From NCBI GenBank assembly GCA_964057225.1, contig OZ059897.1, positions 372,001 through 436,000 of the forward strand: a DNA stretch of 64,000 bases, written 5' to 3'. The notes beneath the pieces are model-generated. The model made no database searches. It was not told the origin of the DNA and saw only the letters and a program-made list of their open reading frames with translations. The stretch is from Auanema rhodensis. Taxonomy: Eukaryota > Animalia > Nematoda. The translations under genes were made by a program, and so were the position numbers. This document shows positions 1 to 13,219 of the stretch, piece by piece; the stretch's first letter is position 1; each line of letters begins with the position of its first letter.

Positions 1-109
1 CATTGTCCATCGTCTTTGCCTTGAATAAAGGAATCTAAAAACATCTACTTTTTGCTAAATTATTTTGAAATTTTTCGAAAAAATTTTTGTCAAAATGTTT
101 TTGGAAGCA

Positions 110-137
110 ATGTTGAGTGTACATGGAAACTCAACAT
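110..137. repeat. Intra-monomer inverted repeat 1: 9-bp stem ATGTTGAGT/ACTCAACAT with a 10-nt loop (shown for the first monomer, recurs in each monomer)
   Basis: 110-118 ATGTTGAGT is the exact reverse complement of 129-137 ACTCAACAT. The loop is GTACATGGAA. Confidence 0.9.
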
Positions 138-205
138 ACACTAATGCATCATTTTTCAAACGATCATAACTAATTTTTGTATTAAGCGTTTCTCAATGTA
201 GTATA

Positions 206-275
206 GTGCATTCGATGCGGATTTTTAAGCTGCGTCGATCTGTGTTATCAGATTTGCGTTAGCTTAAAAATGCAC
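206..275. repeat. Intra-monomer inverted repeat 2: long imperfect stem-loop (ATTTTTAAGCT/AGCTTAAAAAT, inner GCG/CGC and ATCTG/CAGAT) with a small GCAT-TCG-ATGC hairpin just upstream
   Basis: 221-231 and 261-271 are perfect 11-bp reverse complements. ATCTG and CAGAT flank the loop TGTTAT. 208-218 reads GCATTCGATGC. GTGCATT (206-212) and AATGCAC (269-275) are also complementary. Confidence 0.9.
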
Positions 276-279
276 CGAG

Positions 280-310
280 ATATCAACTGATATAAGTTCA
301 CACTTATATC
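280..310. repeat. Intra-monomer inverted repeat 3: 9-bp stem GATATAAGT/ACTTATATC with a TCAC loop, overlapping the dyad ATATCA-AC-TGATAT
   Basis: 289-297 and 302-310 are exact reverse complements. 280-285 and 288-293 are exact reverse complements. Confidence 0.9.
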
Positions 311-3300
311 CTCGAGTTTCACCCTGAAGGAATAATTTTTTCGTTGAATAACATTGTCCATCGTCTTTGCCTTGAAAAAAGGAATCTAAAAACATCTACT
401 TTTTGCTAAATTATTTTGAAATTTTTCGAAAAAATTTTTGTCAAAATGTTTTTGGAAGCAATGTTGAGTGTACATGGAAACTCAACATACACTAATGCAT
501 CATTTTTCAAACGATCATAACTAATTTCTGTATTAAGCGTTTCTCAATGTAGTTTAGTGCATTCGATGCGGATTTTTAAGCTGCGTCGATCTGTGTTATC
601 AGATTTGCGCTAGCTTAAAAATGCACCGAGATATCAACTGATATAAGTTCACACATATATCCTCGATTTTCACCCTGAAGAAATAATTTTTTCGTTGAAT
701 AACATTGTCCATCGTCTTTGCCTTGAAAAAAGGAATCTAAAAACATCTACTTTTTTTGCTAAATTATTTTGAAATTTTTCGAAAAAATTTTTGTCAAAAT
801 GTTTTTGGAAGCATTGTTGAGTGTACATGGAAACTCAACATACACTAATGCATCATTTTTCAAACGATCAAAACTAATTTTTGTATTAAGCGTTTCTCAA
901 TGTAGTATAGTGCATTCGATGCGGATTTTTAAGCTGCGTCGATCGGTGTTATCAGATTTGCGCTAGCTTAAAAATGCACCAAGATATCAACTGATATAAG
1001 TTCACACTTATATCCTCGATTTTCACCCTGAAGAATTAATTTTTTCGTTGAATAACATTGTCCATCGTCTTTGCCTTGAATAAAGGAATCTAAAAACATC
1101 TACTTTTTGCTAAATTATTTTGAAATTTTTCGAAAAAATTTTTGTCAAAATGTTTTTGGAAGCAATGTTGAGTGTACATGGAAACTCAACATACACTAAT
1201 GCATCATTTTTCAAACGATCATAACTAATTTTTGTATTAAGCGTTTCTCAATGTAGTATAGTGCATTCGATGCGGATTTTTAAGCTGCGTCGATCTGTGT
1301 TATCAGATTTGCGTTAGCTTAAAAATGCACCGAGATATCAACTGATATAAGTTCACACTTATATCCTCGATTTTCACCCTGAAGGAATAATTTTTTCGTT
1401 GAATAACATTGTCCATCGTCTTTGCCTTGAAAAAAGGAATCTAAAAACATCTACTTTTTGCTAAATTATTTTGAAATTTTTCGAAAAAATTTTTGTCAAA
1501 ATGTTTTTGGAAGCAATGTTGAGTGTACATGGAAACTCAACATACACTAATGCATCATTTTTCAAACGATCATAACTAATTTCTGTATTAAGCGTTTCTC
1601 AATGTAGTTTAGTGCATTCGATGCGGATTTTTAAGCTGCGTCGATCTGTGTTATCAGATTTGCGCTAGCTTAAAAATGCACCGAGATATCAACTGATATA
1701 AGTTCACACATATATCCTCGATTTTCACCCTGAAGAAATAATTTTTTCGTTGAATAACATTGTCCATCGTCTTTGCCTTGAAAAAAGGAATCTAAAAACA
1801 TCTACTTTTTTTGCTAAATTATTTTGAAATTTTTCGAAAAAATTTTTGTCAAAATGTTTTTGGAAGCATTGTTGAGTGTACATGGAAACTCAACATACAC
1901 TAATGCATCATTTTTCAAACGATCATAACTAATTTTTGTATTAAGCGTTTCTCAATGTAGTATAGTGCATTCGATGCGGATTTTTAAGCTGCGTCGATCT
2001 GTGTTATCAGATTTGCGCTAGCTTAAAAATGCACCGAGATATCAACTGATATAAGTTCACACTTATATCCTCGATTTTCACCCTGAAGGAATAATTTTTT
2101 CGTTGAATAACATTGTCCATCGTCTTTGCCTTGAAAAAAGGAATCTAAAAACATCTACTTTTTGCTAAATTATTTTGAAATTTTTCGAAAAAATTTTTGT
2201 CAAAATGTTTTTGGAAGCAATGTTGAGTGTACATGGAAACTCAACATACACTAATGCATCATTTTTCAAACGATCATAACTAATTTCTGTATTAAGCGTT
2301 TCTCAATGTAGTTTAGTGCATTCGATGCGGATTTTTAAGCTGCGTCGATCTGTGTTATCAGATTTGCGCTAGCTTAAAAATGCACCGAGATATCAACTGA
2401 TATAAGTTCACACATATATCCTCGATTTTCACCCTGAAGAAATAATTTTTTCGTTGAATAACATTGTCCATCGTCTTTGCCTTGAAAAAAGGAATCTAAA
2501 AACATCTACTTTTTTTGCTAAATTATTTTGAAATTTTTCGAAAAAATTTTTGTCAAAATGTTTTTGGAAGCATTGTTGAGTGTACATGGAAACTCAACAT
2601 ACACTAATGCATCATTTTTTAAACGATCATAACTAATTTTTGTATTAAGCGTTTCTCAATGTAGTATAGTGCATTCGATGCGGATTTTTAAGCTGCGTCG
2701 ATCTGTGTTATCAGATTTGCGCTAGCTTAAAAATGCACCGAGATATCAACTGATATAAGTTCACACTTATATCCTCGATTTTCACCCTGAAGAATTAATT
2801 TTTTCGTTGAATAACATTGTCCATCGTCTTTGCCTTGAAAAATGGAATCTAAAAACATCTACTTTTTGCTAAATTATTTTGAAATTTTTCGAAAAAATTT
2901 TTGTCAAAATGTTTTTGGAAGCATTGTTGAGTGTACATGGTAACTCAACATACACTAATGCATCATTTTTCAAAGGATCATAACTAATTTTCGTATTAAG
3001 CGTTTCTCAATGTAGTATAGTGCATTCGATGCGGATTTTTAAGCTGCGTCGATCGGTGTTATCAGATTTGCGCTAGCTTAAAAATGCACCAAGATATCAA
3101 CTGATATAAGTTCACACTTATATCCTCGATTTTCACCCTGAAGAATTAATTTTTTCGTTGAATAACATTGTCCATCGTCTTTGCCTTGAATAAAGGAATC
3201 TAAAAACATCTACTTTTTGCTAAATTATTTTGAAATTTTTCGAAAAAATTTTTGTCAAAATGTTTTTGGAAGCAATGTTGAGTGTACATGGAAACTCAAC

Positions 3301-6300
3301 ATACACTAATGCATCATTTTTCAAACGATCATAACTAATTTTTGTATTAAGCGTTTCTCAATGTAGTATAGTGCATTCGATGCGGATTTTTAAGCTGCGT
3401 CGATCTGTGTTATCAGATTTGCGTTAGCTTAGAAATGCACCGAGATATCAACTGATATAAGTTCACACTTATATCCTCGATTTTCACCCTGAAGAATTAA
3501 TTTTTTCGTTGAATAACATTGTCCATCGTCTTTGCCTTGAAAAATGGAATCTAAAAACATCTACTTTTTGCTAAATTATTTTGAAATTTTTCGAAAAAAT
3601 TTTTGTCAAAATGTTTTTGGAAGCATTGTTGAGTGTACATGGAAACTCAACATACACTAATGCATCATTTTTCAAAGGATCATAACTAATTTTTGTATTA
3701 AGCGTTTCTCAATGTAGTATAGTGCATTTGATGCGGATTTTTAAGCTGCGTCGATCGGTGTTATCAGATTTGCGCTAGCTTAAAAATGCACCAAGATATC
3801 AACTGATATAAGTTCACACTTATATCCTCGATTTTCACCCTGAAGAATTAATTTTTTCGTTGAATAACATTGTCCATCGTCTTTGCCTTGAATAAAGGAA
3901 TCTAAAAACATCTACTTTTTGCTAAATTATTTTGAAATTTTTCGAAAAAATTTTTGTCAAAATGTTTTTGGAAGCAATGTTGAGTGTACATGGAAACTCA
4001 ACATACACTAATGCATCATTTTTCAAACGATCATAACTAATTTTTGTATTAAGCGTTTCTCAATGTAGTATAGTGCATTCGATGCGGATTTTTAAGCTGC
4101 GTCGATCTGTGTTATCAGATTTGCGTTAGCTTAAAAATGCACCGAGATATCAACTGATATAAGTTCACACTTATATCCTCGATTTTCACCCTGAAGGAAT
4201 AATTTTTTCGTTGAATAACATTGTCCATCGTCTTTGCCTTGAAAAAAGGAATCTAAAAACATCTACTTTTTGCTAAATTATTTTGAAATTTTTCGAAAAA
4301 ATTTTTGTCAAAATGTTTTTGGAAGCAATGTTGAGTGTACATGGAAACTCAACATACACTAATGCATCATTTTTCAAACGATCATAACTAATTTCTGTAT
4401 TAAGCGTTTCTCAATGTAGTTTAGTGCATTCGATGCGGATTTTTAAGCTGCGTCGATCTGTGTTATCAGATTTGCGCTAGCTTAAAAATGCACCGAGATA
4501 TCAACTGATATAAGTTCACACATATATCCTCGATTTTCACCCTGAAGAAATAATTTTTTCGTTGAATAACATTGTCCATCGTCTTTGCCTTGAAAAAAGG
4601 AATCTAAAAACATCTACTTTTTTTGCTAAATTATTTTGAAATTTTTCGAAAAAATTTTTGTCAAAATGTTTTTGGAAGCATTGTTGAGTGTACATGGAAA
4701 CTCAACATACACTAATGCATCATTTTTCAAACGATCATAACTAATTTTTGTATTAAGCGTTTCTCAATGTAGTATAGTGCATTCGATGCGGATTTTTAAG
4801 CTGCGTCGATCGGTGTTATCAGATTTGCGCTAGCTTAAAAATGCACCAAGATATCAACTGATATAAGTTCACACTTATATCCTCGATTTTCACCCTGAAG
4901 AATTAATTTTTTCGTTGAATAACATTGTCCATCGTCTTTGCCTTGAATAAAGGAATCTAAAAACATCTACTTTTTGCTAAATTATTTTGAAATTTTTCGA
5001 AAAAATTTTTGTCAAAATGTTTTTGGAAGCAATGTTGAGTGTACATGGAAACTCAACATACACTAATGCATCATTTTTCAAACGATCATAACTAATTTTT
5101 GTATTAAGCGTTTCTCAATGTAGTATAGTGCATTCGATGCGGATTTTTAAGCTGCGTCGATCTGTGTTATCAGATTTGCGTTAGCTTAAAAATGCACCGA
5201 GATATCAACTGATATAAGTTCACACTTATATCCTCGATTTTCACCCTGAAGGAATAATTTTTTCGTTGAATAACATTGTCCATCGTCTTTGCCTTGAAAA
5301 AAGGAATCTAAAAACATCTACTTTTTTTGCTAAATTATTTTGAAATTTTTCGAAAAAATTTTTGTCAAAATGTTTTTGGAAGCATTGTTGAGTGTACATG
5401 GAAACTCAACATACACTAATGCATCATTTTTCAAACGATCATAACTAATTTTTGTATTAAGCGTTTCTCAATGTAGTATAGTGCATTCGATGCGGATTTT
5501 TAAGCTGCGTCGATCTGTGTTATCAGATTTGCGCTAGCTTAAAAATGCACCGAGATATCAACTGATATAAGTTCACACTTATATCCTCGATTTTCACCCT
5601 GAAGGAATAATTTTTTCGTTGAATAACATTGTCCATCGTCTTTGCCTTGAATAAAGGAATCTAAAAACATCTACTTTTTGCTAAATTATTTTGAAATTTT
5701 TCGAAAAAATTTTTGTCAAAATGTTTTTGGAAGCAATGTTGAGTGTACATGGAAACTCAACATACACTAATGCATCATTTTTCAAACGATCATAACTAAT
5801 TTTTGTATTGAGCGTTTCTCAATGTAGTATAGTGCATTCGATGCGGATTTTTAAGCTGCGTCGATCTGTGTTATCAGATTTGCGCTAGCTTAAAAATGCA
5901 CCAAGATATCAACTGATATAAGTTCACACTTATATCCTCGATTTTCACCCTGAAGAATTAATTTTTTCGTTGAATAACATTGTCCATCGTCTTTGCCTTG
6001 AAAAAAGGAATCTAAAAACATCTACTTTTTGCTAAAATATTTTGAAATTTTTCGAAAAAATTTTTGTCAAAATGTTTTTGGAAGCAATGTTGAGTGTACA
6101 TGGAAACTCAACATACACTAATGCATCATTTTTCAAACGATCATAACTAATTTCTGTATTAAGCGTTTCTCAATGTAGTTTAGTGCATTCGATGCGGATT
6201 TTTAAGCTGCGTCGATCGGTGTTATCAGATTTGCGCTAGCTTAAAAATGCACCGAGATATCAACTGATATAAGTTCACACTTATATCCTCTATTTTCACC

Positions 6301-9300
6301 CTGAAGAATTAATTTTTTCGTTGAATAACATTGTCCATCGTCTTTGCCTTGAAAAATGGAATCTAAAAACATCTACTTTTTGCTAAATTATTTTGAAATT
6401 TTTCGAAAAAATTTTTGTCAAAATGTTTTTGGAAGCAATGTTGAGTGTACATGGAAACTCAACATACACTAATGCATCATTTTTCAAACGATCATAACTA
6501 ATTTCTGTATTAAGCGTTTCTCAATGTAGTTTAGTGCATTCGATGCGGATTTTTAAGCTGCGTCGATCTGTGTTATCAGATTTGCGCTAGCTTAAAAATG
6601 CACCGAGATATCAACTGATATAAGTTCACACATATATCCTCGATTTTCACCCTGAAGAAATAATTTTTTCGTTGAATAACATTGTCCATCGTCTTTGCCT
6701 TGAAAAAAGGAATCTAAAAACATCTACTTTTTTTGCTAAATTATTTTGAAATTTTTCGAAAAAATTTTTGTCAAAATGTTTTTGGAAGCATTGTTGAGTG
6801 TACATGGAAACTCAACATACACTAATGCATCATTTTTCAAACGATCATAACTAATTTTTGTATTAAGCGTTTCTCAATGTAGTATAGTGCATTCGATGCG
6901 GATTTTTAAGCTGCGTCGATCGGTGTTATCAGATTTGCGCTAGCTTAAAAATGCACCAAGATATCAACTGATATAAGTTCACACTTATATCCTCGATTTT
7001 CACCCTGAAGAATTAATTTTTTCGTTGAATAACATTGTCCATCGTCTTTGCCTTGAATAAAGGAATCTAAAAACATCTACTTTTTGCTAAATTATTTTGA
7101 AATTTTTCGAAAAAATTTTTGTCAAAATGTTTTTGGAAGCAATGTTGAGTGTACATGGAAACTCAACATACACTAATGCATCATTTTTCAAACGATCATA
7201 ACTAATTTTTGTATTAAGCGTTTCTCAATGTAGTATAGTGCATTCGATGCGGATTTTTAAGCTGCGTCGATCTGTGTTATCAGATTTGCGTTAGCTTAAA
7301 AATGCACCGAGATATCAACTGATATAAGTTCACACTTATATCCTCGATTTTCACCCTGAAGGAATAATTTTTTCGTTGAATAACATTGTCCATCGTCTTT
7401 GCCTTGAAAAAAGGAATCTAAAAACATCTACTTTTTGCTAAATTATTTTGAAATTTTTCGAAAAAATTTTTGTCAAAATGTTTTTGGAAGCAATGTTGAG
7501 TGTACATGGAAACTCAACATACACTAATGCATCATTTTTCAAACGATCATAACTAATTTCTGTATTAAGCGTTTCTCAATGTAGTTTAGTGCATTCGATG
7601 CGGATTTTTAAGCTGCGTCGATCTGTGTTATCAGATTTGCGCTAGCTTAAAAATGCACCGAGATATCAACTGATATAAGTTCACACATATATCCTCGATT
7701 TTCACCCTGAAGAAATAATTTTTTCGTTGAATAACATTGTCCATCGTCTTTGCCTTGAAAAAAGGAATCTAAAAACATCTACTTTTTTTGCTAAATTACT
7801 TTGAAATTTTTCGAAAAAATTTTTGTCAAAATGTTTTTGGAAGCATTGTTGAGTGTACATGGAAACTCAACATACACTAATGCATCATTTTTCAAACGAT
7901 CATAACTAATTTTTGTATTAAGCGTTTCTCAATGTAGTATAGTGCATTCGATGCGGATTTTTAAGCTGCGTCGATCTGTGTTATCAGATTTGCGCTAGCT
8001 TAAAAATGCACCGAGATATCAACTGATATAAGTTCACACTTATATCCTCGATTTTCACCCTGAAGGAATAATTTTTTCGTTGAATAACATTGTCCATCGT
8101 CTTTGCCTTGAAAAAAGGAATCTAAAAACATCTACTTTTTGCTAAATTATTTTGAAATTTTTCGAAAAAATTTTTGTCAAAATGTTTTTGGAAGCAATGT
8201 TGAGTGTACATGGAAACTCAACATACACTAATGCATCATTTTTCAAACGATCATAACTAATTTCTGTATTAAGCGTTTCTCAATGTAGTTTAGTGCATTC
8301 GATGCGGATTTTTAAGCTGCGTCGATCTGTGTTATCAGATTTGCGCTAGCTTAAAAATGCACCGAGATATCAACTGATATAAGTTCACACATATATCCTC
8401 GATTTTCACCCTGAAGAAATAATTTTTTCGTTGAATAACATTGTCCATCGTCTTTGCCTTGAAAAAAGGAATCTAAAAACATCTACTTTTTTTGCTAAAT
8501 TATTTTGAAATTTTTCGAAAAAATTTTTGTCAAAATGTTTTTGGAAGCATTGTTGAGTGTACATGGAAACTCAACATACACTAATGCATCATTTTTCAAA
8601 CGATCATAACTAATTTTTGTATTAAGCGTTTCTCAATGTAGTATAGTGCATTCGATGCGGATTTTTAAGCTGCGTCGATCTGTGTTATCAGATTTGCGCT
8701 AGCTTAAAAATGCACCGAGATATCAACTGATATAAGTTCACACTTATATCCTCGATTTTCACCCTGAAGGAATAATTTTTTCGTTGAATAACATTGTCCA
8801 TCGTCTTTGCCTTGAATAAAGGAATCTAAAAACATCTACTTTTTGCTAAATTATTTTGAAATTTTTCGAAAAAATTTTTGTCAAAATGTTTTTGGAAGCA
8901 ATGTTGAGTGTACATGGAAACTCAACATACACTAATGCATCATTTTTCAAACGATCATAACTAATTTTTGTATTGAGCGTTTCTCAATGTAGTATAGTGC
9001 ATTCGATGCGGATTTTTAAGCTGCGTCGATCTGTGTTATCAGATTTGCGCTAGCTTAAAAATGCACCAAGATATCAACTGATATAAGTTCACACTTATAT
9101 CCTCGATTTTCACCCTGAAGAATTAATTTTTTCGTTGAATAACATTGTCCATCGTCTTTGCCTTGAAAAAAGGAATCTAAAAACATCTACTTTTTGCTAA
9201 ATTATTTTGAAATTTTTCGAAAAAATTTTTGTCAAAATGTTTTTGGAAGCAATGTTGAGTGTACATGGAAACTCAACATACACTAATGCATCATTTTTCA

Positions 9301-12300
9301 AACGATCATAACTAATTTTTGTATTAAGCGTTTCTCAATGTAGTATAGTGCATTCGATGCGGATTTTTAAGCTGCGTCGATCTGTGTTATCAGATTTGCG
9401 CTAGCTTAAAAATGCACCGAGATATCAACTGATATAAGTTCACACTTATATCCTCGATTTTCACCCTGAAGAATTAATTTTTTCGTTGAATAACATTGTC
9501 CATCGTCTTTGCCTTGAAAAATGGAATCTAAAAACATCTACTTTTTGCTAAATTATTTTGAAATTTTTCGAAAAAATTTTTGTCAAAATGTTTTTGGAAG
9601 CATTGTTGAGTGTACATGGAAACTCAACATACACTAATGCATCATTTTTCAAAGGATCATAACTAATTTTTGTATTAAGCGTTTCTCAATGTAGTATAGT
9701 GCATTCGATGCGGATTTTTAAGCTGCGTCGATCGGTGTTATCAGATTTGCGCTAGCTTAAAAATGCACCAAGATATCAACTGATATAAGTTCACACTTAT
9801 ATCCTCGATTTTCACCCTGAAGAATTAATTTTTTCGTTGAATAACATTGTCCATCGTCTTTGCCTTGAATAAAGGAATCTAAAAACATCTACTTTTTGCT
9901 AAATTATTTTGAAATTTTTCGAAAAAATTTTTGTCAAAATGTTTTTGGAAGCAATGTTGAGTGTACATGGAAACTCAACATACACTAATGCATCATTTTT
10001 CAAACGATCATAACTAATTTTTGTATTAAGCGTTTCTCAATGTAGTATAGTGCATTCGATGCGGATTTTTAAGCTGCGTCGATCTGTGTTATCAGATTTG
10101 CGTTAGCTTAAAAATGCACCGAGATATCAACTGATATAAGTTCACACTTATATCCTCGATTTTCACCCTGAAGGAATAATTTTTTCGTTGAATAACATTG
10201 TCCATCGTCTTTGCCTTGAAAAAAGGAATCTAAAAACATCTACTTTTTGCTAAATTATTTTGAAATTTTTCGAAAAAATTTTTGTCAAAATGTTTTTGGA
10301 AGCAATGTTGAGTGTACATGGAAACTCAACATACACTAATGCATCATTTTTCAAACGATCATAACTAATTTCTGTATTAAACGTTTCTCAATGTAGTTTA
10401 GTGCATTCGATGCGGATTTTTAAGCTGCGTCGATCTGTGTTATCAGATTTGCGCTAGCTTAAAAATGCACCGAGATATCAACTGATATAAGTTCACACAT
10501 ATATCCTCGATTTTCACCCTGAAGAAATAATTTTTTCGTTGAATAACATTGTCCATCGTCTTTGCCTTGAAAAAAGGAATCTAAAAACATCTACTTTTTT
10601 TGCTAAATTATTTTGAAATTTTTCGAAAAAATTTTTGTCAAAATGTTTTTGGAAGCATTGTTGAGTGTACATGGAAACTCAACATACACTAATGCATCAT
10701 TTTTCAAACGATCATAACTAATTTTTGTATTAAGCGTTTCTCAATGTAGTATAGTGCATTCGATGCGGATTTTTAAGCTGCGTCGATCTGTGTTATCAGA
10801 TTTGCGCTAGCTTAAAAATGCACCGAGATATCAACTGATATAAGTTCACACTTATATCCTCGATTTTCACCCTGAAGGAATAATTTTTTCGTTGAATAAC
10901 ATTGTCCATCGTCTTTGCCTTGAATAAAGGAATCTAAAAACATCTACTTTTTGCTAAATTATTTTGAAATTTTTCGAAAAAATTTTTGTCAAAATGTTTT
11001 TGGAAGCAATGTTGAGTGTACATGGAAACTCAACATACACTAATGCATCATTTTTCAAACGATCATAACTAATTTTTGTATTGAGCGTTTCTCAATGTAG
11101 TATAGTGCATTCGATGCGGATTTTTAAGCTGCGTCGATCTGTGTTATCAGATTTGCGCTAGCTTAAAAATGCACCAAGATATCAACTGATATAAGTTCAC
11201 ACTTATATCCTCGATTTTCACCCTGAAGAATTAATTTTTTCGTTGAATAACATTGTCCATCGTCTTTGCCTTGAAAAAAGGAATCTAAAAACATCTACTT
11301 TTTGCTAAATTATTTTGAAATTTTTCGAAAAAATTTTTGTCAAAATGTTTTTGGAAGCAATGTTGAGTGTACATGGAAACTCAACATACACTAATGCATC
11401 ATTTTTCAAACGATCATAACTAATTTTTGTATTAAGCGTTTCTCAATGTAGTATAGTGCATTCGATGCGGATTTTTAAGCTGCGTCGATCTGTGTTATCA
11501 GATTTGCGCTAGCTTAAAAATGCACCAAGATATCAACTGAAATAAGTTCACACTTATATCCTCGATTTTCACCCTGAAGAATTAATTTTTTCGTTGAATA
11601 ACATTGTCCATCGTCTTTGCCTTGAATAAAGGAATCTAAAAACATCTACTTTTTGCTAAATTATTTTGAAATTTTTCGAAAAAATTTTTGTCAAAATGTT
11701 TTTGGAAGCAATGTTGAGTGTACATGGAAACACAACATACACTAATGCATCATTTTTCAAACGATCATAACTAATTTCTGTATCAAGCGTTTCTCAATGT
11801 AGTTTAGTGCATTCGATGCGGATTTTTAAGCTGCGTCGATCTGTGTTATCAGATTTGCGCTAGCTTAAAAATGCACCAAGATATCAACTGATATAAGTTC
11901 ACACTTATATCCTCGATTTTCACCCTGAAGAATTAATTTTTTCGTTGAATAACATTGTCCATCGTCTTTGCCTTGAAAAAAGGAATCTAAAAACATCTAC
12001 TTTTTGCTAAATTATTTTGAAATTTTTCGAAAAAATTTTTGTCAAAATGTTTTTGGAAGCAATGTTGAGTGTACATGGAAACTCAACATACACTAATGCA
12101 TCATTTTTCAAACGATCATAACTAATTTTTGTATTAAGCGTTTCTCAATGTAGTATAGTGCATTCGATGCGGATTTTTAAGCTGCGTCGATCTGTGTTAT
12201 CAGATTTGCGCTAGCTTAAAAATGCACCAAGATATCAACTGATATAAGTTCACACTTATATCCTCGATTTTCACCCTGAAGAATTAATTTTTTCGTTGAA

Positions 12301-13219
12301 TAACATTGTCCATCGTCTTTGCCTTGAAAAAAGGAATCTAAAAACATCTACTTTTTGCTAAATTATTTTGAAATTTTTCGAAAAAATTTTTGTCAAAATG
12401 TTTTTGGAAGCAATGTTGAGTGTACATGGAAACTCAACATACACTAATGCATCATTTTTCAAACGATCATAACTAATTTTTGTATTAAGCGTTTCTCAAT
12501 GTAGTATAGTGCATTCGATGCGGATTTTTAAGCTGCGTCGATCTGTGTTATCAGATTTGCGCTAGCTTAAAAATGCACCGAGATATCAACTGATATAAGT
12601 TCACACTTATATCCTCGATTTTCACCCTGAAGAATTAATTTTTTCGTTGAATAACATTGTCCATCGTCTTTGCCTTGAAAAATGGAATCTAAAAACATCT
12701 ACTTTTTGCTAAATTATTTTGAAATTTTTCGAAAAAATTTTTGTCAAAATGTTTTTGGAAGCATTGTTGAGTGTACATGGAAACTCAACATACACTAATG
12801 CATCATTTTTCAAAGGATCATAACTAATTTTTGTATTAAGCGTTTCTCAATGTAGTATAGTGCATTCGATGCGGATTTTTAAGCTGCGTCGATCGGTGTT
12901 ATCAGATTTGCGCTAGCTTAAAAATGCACCAAGATATCAACTGATATAAGTTCACACTTATATCCTCGATTTTCACCCTGAAGAATTAATTTTTTCGTTG
13001 AATAACATTGTCCATCGTCTTTGCCTTGAATAAAGGAATCTAAAAACATCTACTTTTTGCTAAATTATTTTGAAATTTTTCGAAAAAATTTTTGTCAAAA
13101 TGTTTTTGGAAGCAATGTTGAGTGTACATGGAAACTCAACATACACTAATGCATCATTTTTCAAACGATCATAACTAATTTTTGTATTAAGCGTTTCTCA
13201 ATGTAGTATAGTGCATTCG

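Noticed and set aside
339-356. CENP-B box-like TTTCGTTGAA motif in subfamily A
   Set aside because: It matches only the TTCG....A half of NTTCGNNNNANNCGGGN. The essential CGGG is missing, and the TTCG is lost in subfamily B.
572-625. Helitron 3' end (hairpin plus CTAG) or MITE terminal inverted repeats
   Set aside because: The CTAG lies inside the long stem and not about 10 nt downstream of a GC-rich hairpin. No element boundaries, target-site duplications or transposase remnants are visible. A TE origin of the monomer is possible but unsupported here.
675-735. Hammerhead ribozyme core (CTGAAGA fits CUGANGA), as known from some animal satellites
   Set aside because: I could not build stem II closing onto a GAAA, or stems I and III. 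The motif is often CTGAAGG in A and becomes GTGAAGA in B. An Infernal search with hammerhead models would settle it.
751-10601. A 17-monomer duplication suggested by the repeated 3,2,6 spacing of T7 monomers (offset 5977)
   Set aside because: The monomer types between 2510-4618 and 8487-10595 differ in part, so this is not a clean block duplication.
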